A stretch of DNA of 28,154 nucleotides, taken from Elusimicrobiota bacterium. GTDB taxonomy: Bacteria > Elusimicrobiota > Elusimicrobia > Elusimicrobiales > UBA9959. Shown here one piece after another: positions 24,794-28,154 of this stretch. Below the pieces are notes generated by a model. That model searched no databases and was not told where the DNA came from. It saw only the letters and a program-made list of their open reading frames with translations. The stretch spans positions 1 to 28,154 of the forward strand of contig DAIENX010000101.1 of the NCBI GenBank assembly GCA_027340875.1, in the 5' to 3' direction. The translations under genes and the position numbers were made by a program. Numbering within the stretch: position 1 is the stretch's first letter; each line of letters opens with the position of its first letter.

Positions 24794-25519
24794 ATGGGCA
24801 ACACGATACTGATAGTCGAAGACAATCCTATTGAGCTTACGGTCCTGGCCGGGTTCTTTCGCGTCGAAGGTTTCACGGTCTACCAGGCAAAAAACTGCGC
24901 CGAAGCCATAGAGCTGGCCGGCCGCCATCTCCCCGACTGTTTCCTGCTGGATTACCACCTGGGAGGGGAGACCACCGCCGCTCCCATCTGCGGCTTCATC
25001 CGCTCCGACGCGCGTCTGCGCGCCAAACCCATCCTGATACTCAGCGGCGACCCCGAGCAGGCCATACGCAGCTACGAGGTCTGCAAGGCCGACGTCTTTA
25101 TAGAGAAAGGCAAGCGCTATTCCGAGGTGCTGGCGCTCGTCAGACGCCAGCTCCATCGCGCGGACTGGAGCAGCGGCCTGCTTAAGAAGGGCGACCTCAC
25201 GCTGGAGAGCCGCCGGCTGCGCCTGCTGAGGCCGAAATATCCGCCGATACCGCTTTCCCCGGAACAATTCCGATTCTTCGCCGCCCTTTTCGAGAAAAGC
25301 CCGGCGTTCGTGCGCGAAGCCGAATTGTGCGAACACGTCTTCGGCAGATGCGACGCGGAATGCCATGCCGCGCTCTGCTCGCTGGCCTACCGCCTGCGCG
25401 CCAGGCTGGGCCGGCAGCTGGCCCGCCGCATCAAGAACGTCCGCAGCTGCGGCTGGATCTACGTCCAGCCCCGCGTGCGCGCCGGCAGGACGCGCGCCTG
25501 CAGCCCTGAGATGGCCTGA
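24794..25519 (+). CDS. Orphan OmpR/PhoB-family response regulator (receiver + winged helix)
   Basis: ILIVEDN, LLDYHL (phosphoacceptor Asp), ILSG, ADVFIEK; LSPEQF...YRLRARL...IKNVRSCGW; TATAAT at 24773-24778 upstream. Confidence 0.85.
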   Translation: MGNTILIVEDNPIELTVLAGFFRVEGFTVYQAKNCAEAIELAGRHLPDCFLLDYHLGGETTAAPICGFIRSDARLRAKPILILSGDPEQAIRSYEVCKADVFIEKGKRYSEVLALVRRQLHRADWSSGLLKKGDLTLESRRLRLLRPKYPPIPLSPEQFRFFAALFEKSPAFVREAELCEHVFGRCDAECHAALCSLAYRLRARLGRQLARRIKNVRSCGWIYVQPRVRAGRTRACSPEMA

Positions 25520-25520
25520 A

Positions 25521-25546
25521 CGGCCCCGGCCCGCCGGGGCTGGTTT
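25521..25546 (+). terminator. Hairpin immediately after the response regulator stop codon
   Basis: CGGCCCCGG-CCCG-CCGGGGCTG followed by GTTT; a second small hairpin TAGCC-N6-GGCTA plus TGTTTT follows at 25546-25567. Confidence 0.5.
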
Positions 25547-25630
25547 AGCCCGTTTTGGCTATGTTTTCAGCTACCGGTTGTCCACCCATCCGCCCGTCGT
25601 AAAACCTCCGCGAAAATGACGCCAGCGAGA

Positions 25631-25659
25631 TTGACAATGGTCAATCTGCGGCCTATACT
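25631..25659 (+). promoter_or_regulatory. Near-consensus sigma70 promoter TTGACA-N17-TATACT, overlapped by the palindrome AGATTGAC-N4-GTCAATCT
   Basis: -35 at 25631-25636, -10 at 25654-25659; perfect 8-bp inverted repeat at 25628-25647. Confidence 0.75.
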
Positions 25660-25780
25660 ATTTTCCGGAATAATATAGCGGGGCGAAGTCCTTCGATATG
25701 ATAAAGCAGCATCTGGTTTAGTTTAAGCGGCAACTTTACTGGTTGGGGGCGGGAGAATGGATGCAGGCGTGCGTCTGCGG

Positions 25781-25837
25781 AAAAAGAAAGCTTCTCTGGC
25801 ACCGGGGCAAATACCCCGGGCCGGAGAGGCTGTTTTT
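25781..25837 (+). terminator. Intrinsic terminator-like hairpin (possibly bidirectional)
   Basis: AGCTTCTCTGGC-A-CCGGGG / CAAATA / CCCCGG-GCCGGAGAGGCT then GTTTTT; A-run upstream at 25781-25785. Confidence 0.65.
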
Positions 25838-25900
25838 ATCGGTGCAGTCAAAAATCAAGACCTGACCCCTTTGCCCCCGGGAGAGCGGGAGAGTATGATA

Positions 25901-26845
25901 ATGAATATGAAATCTAAATTATTAATGTCATTAAGCTTTGTCTTGTGCTTTGTTGCGGTTCTCCCTATAGTCAAAGCGGAACAGGGCAACCTTGATATCA
26001 ATGACCAACAGGTTGCATCCAAAAAGGCGGATGTTTCCTTGAAACAGCTGGATGAAGCAAGGACAGGGAAGGAATGGGACGGTGCATTGAGAAACATGGA
26101 GCCGGTTAGTAAGGAAAACAGGAGCTTATTGCAATCGTACGTTGATAACGCGAAACATGATGGACGTAAGCGGTTTAAGGTCTTTCGAGCTTTGCTTGAT
26201 TCCGCATCTAATGAGGATAAACAAAAAGCGATCAATGAAAAATTCCAATCTGAAAAGGATGTCGATTTTCGTGTCAGCTTGATGCAGGAAATGGGGCGCG
26301 AAAAATCCAGCGTTTTTGCAAAACAATTGTCGGATACTTTGAAAAATGAAAAAGAGCTCCCTTTTGTCAGGGTATCTGCTGGTTTAGCCCTTGCTGTGCG
26401 AGGAGATTCCTCTGGTAAAGCTTTGGCGCTAAAGTCAGTAAAAGAGGCATCCTCCTACAAGGACTTTGCTATGCAGACTCTTGCAGTAATGAAAGCTACT
26501 GATGTAATCCCAGAATTAACAAGCGAAATGAACGGTTCTACGGATTATGGGAAAAAGAATAGTTGCCGGTTGGGGATTCTTCGCATACAATTGGCAACAA
26601 CAGAACTTTCTGGACGATATAACCTTCTTACAAACGCGATTCGTGAGGATGGGTATTTTGAGGCAGCCCAATGGGCGACAAAACGTCTTGCTGAAATAGG
26701 TGGTAATGAGGCAGCTCAGTTCTTTGTGGATCTTGTTAAAAGCGGAAAGTTCCCCGCTCGACAATTCGGTCATGACGGATTAATGTTAGGTGTGGAAAAC
26801 GGGCACTGGACCAAGGAGGACGTGTTAAAATGGCTCAAAGAATGA
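25901..26845 (+). CDS. Secreted alpha-helical HEAT/PBS-repeat-like protein
   Basis: Signal peptide MNMKSKLLMSLSFVLCFVAVLPIVKA; repeats such as PFVRVSAGLALA, AMQTLAVMKATDVIPEL, AAQWATKRLAEIGGNEA. Start is one of ATG 25895/25901/25907, not 25757. Confidence 0.7.
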   Translation: MNMKSKLLMSLSFVLCFVAVLPIVKAEQGNLDINDQQVASKKADVSLKQLDEARTGKEWDGALRNMEPVSKENRSLLQSYVDNAKHDGRKRFKVFRALLDSASNEDKQKAINEKFQSEKDVDFRVSLMQEMGREKSSVFAKQLSDTLKNEKELPFVRVSAGLALAVRGDSSGKALALKSVKEASSYKDFAMQTLAVMKATDVIPELTSEMNGSTDYGKKNSCRLGILRIQLATTELSGRYNLLTNAIREDGYFEAAQWATKRLAEIGGNEAAQFFVDLVKSGKFPARQFGHDGLMLGVENGHWTKEDVLKWLKE

Positions 26846-28012
26846 CACAGAATCCTTACGAAAGAAATTTGATGCAGGCATTTATTCTCTCGTTAATCAA
26901 TGCTGTTGTTTGGTTTTGGGGGTTGAGCCTTTCTCTATACTTAGTGTATCAGGGTAGTTATGATTTAACTGCTGGTAGCAGTTACGGTCTCCCATATATA
27001 ACACTAGCTTGGATTGTCGCGGTAGGTGTTGCACGCTTGGTGTCAAGACCCGTGTGTACGCGATTGTTTGGATATTACAACAAGACAGGGTTTGTGATTG
27101 CTGGTTTTTTATCTATTCCGCTAGCAGTAATCTTTGCTATTCCGCTAGATTGGATTACACTGCGGAGTGACGGGGCTAACTTTTTAAATAATATTTTCTA
27201 TTTTGCTAGCGTTTTTGGACTGTTTCCTGAAGGGTTGCGAGGGTCAAAAACTTATACTGGCCTAATTTTTATATTTGTTTTCCTTGTTGGTTTTGTGGGA
27301 TTCTATTTTTCTAGTCGAAAAATAAAAAAAGTATTGGGATTAATTATCCCTTTAATATTGCTGGGGGCGAATTCCAGTTATTCATATGATGGGTTAACAC
27401 ATGAAAAATATTTGACGGCTGATGCGGTCTCGCTGCTCAATGCGAAATCAGAATTTCCATATTTCGAACTCACACACGAGGTTGGTCAGATAATGAATGG
27501 CGCATTGCTGGAGGACTCTCCCTCGATTATGGGGCTTTATCATTTTTATCGGCCCACGGATCAGCGCGGCCTATTTGGTGCCTGGCCTAGCGCCCAGGCA
27601 CGATTGCAAGGCGACATCACCGCTGGTGGTACAAATTTTATTGAAGAGGCTATAAATAAGTATACGGCAAAGAACAAAGATGGCGCATATCAAAGCCTAG
27701 GACATGTTCTTCACTTGGCTGCCCAGGATATGTTTTCAGTTCCACATGTTTCAGATGATGCCCATCTGATTGTTTACAATCAGACCCTTAACTTTGCTCC
27801 GGATTCATATGAGCCATGGGTAGAAAACCATTTTGCAGACATAGGAGCCAGTGCGTTCAGTAAAGGAAGTGTTGTTCCTGTTATTTCTTGGCCACCGTTG
27901 GCGCTTTTGCATGTAAATGCTAGAGCAACTTATACAGCGATGCGGATTCCTGGTACCCTGATAAAAGACCAAGCAAATCCTGCTTCTGGGGATTTAAGGA
28001 ATATGTTTCCTG
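26842..28012 (+). pseudogene. Multi-TM protein fused to a Zn-dependent phospholipase C / P1-nuclease-like domain, truncated by IS30 insertion (apparent stop at 28101 lies inside the IS)
   Basis: ATGA-coupled start at 26842; about 4 TM helices; then YDGLTH...GALLED...YHFY...LGHVLHLAAQD...VPH...YEPW, the tri-zinc ligand pattern of the PLC/P1 superfamily. Confidence 0.7.
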
Positions 28013-28154
28013 GGCCGGATTCAACCGCGAAGTGCAACACCCTGCTTAAAAACTTCGGCCGGGGTCCTGTAGTCCAGACATTTCCGCGGCCGTGTGTTTA
28101 GCAGATATTCTACTCGTTTTACCTGATCTTTGGTTACCGTGGCGAAGTCGGTGC
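28013..28154 (-). mobile_element. IS30-family insertion sequence, right end (partial)
   Basis: GGCCGGATTCAACCGCGAAGTGCAACAC (28013-28040) resembles IS30-family terminal inverted repeats and contains the transposase stop codon; base composition shifts at the junction. Confidence 0.85.
28021..28154 (-). CDS. IS30-family transposase, C-terminal fragment
   Basis: Minus strand translates as TDFATVTKDQVKRVEYLLNTRPRKCLDYRTPAEVFKQGVALRG*, with the characteristic LNxRPRKxLxYxTPxE...VAL C-terminus. Confidence 0.9.
   Translation of the reverse strand, partial: TDFATVTKDQVKRVEYLLNTRPRKCLDYRTPAEVFKQGVALRG

Noticed and set aside
25698..25865. Small ORF MIKQHLV*FKRQLYW... with a second in-frame TAG
   Set aside because: No codon bias or recognisable motif, and it runs through the terminator hairpin; not evidence of readthrough.
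25757..25900. N-terminal extension of the 362-aa ORF
   Set aside because: It spans the terminator hairpin; the signal peptide and composition shift begin at ~25895-25907.
1..28154. CRISPR array, tRNA, rRNA
   Set aside because: No regularly spaced repeat-spacer units or cloverleaf/rRNA signatures were seen by eye; the GGTCC repeats are too short to be CRISPR repeats.

Overview
This is a GC-rich bacterial chromosomal segment. Frequent ATA/AGG codons in GC-rich genes and the gene content tentatively suggest Elusimicrobiota, which is unverified inference. (1) 1-572: the 3' end of an unknown gene and a convergent small membrane-anchored protein resembling the CcmI/CycH C-terminal domain. (2) 741-5124: a tightly coupled trio of unknown function, made of a 1035-aa almost pure coiled-coil protein with internal repeats, a 233-aa related coiled-coil protein and a 2-TM coiled-coil protein. 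(3) 5163-22862: a Wzx/Wzy-type surface polysaccharide cluster with wza-like, wzc, Wzy/O-antigen-ligase-like and wzx flippase genes, four GT4 glycosyltransferases, four SAM methyltransferases (the last interrupted by an in-frame TAG), a radical SAM/SPASM protein, a WbqC-like protein and an AsnB-type amidotransferase fused to a GT9 domain. (4) 22947-25519: a PLD/cardiolipin-synthase-family gene and an orphan, Cys-rich OmpR-family response regulator. (5) 25628-25837: a near-consensus sigma70 promoter overlapped by a palindrome, followed about 170 nt later by a terminator (candidate sRNA or attenuator). (6) ~25870-28012: an AT-richer island encoding a secreted HEAT-like protein and a 4-TM protein fused through an internal signal-peptide-like segment to a Zn-dependent phospholipase C/P1-type domain. 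That last gene is cut by an IS30-family element running off the right edge, which the ORF track does not show. No rRNA, tRNA or CRISPR array was seen.
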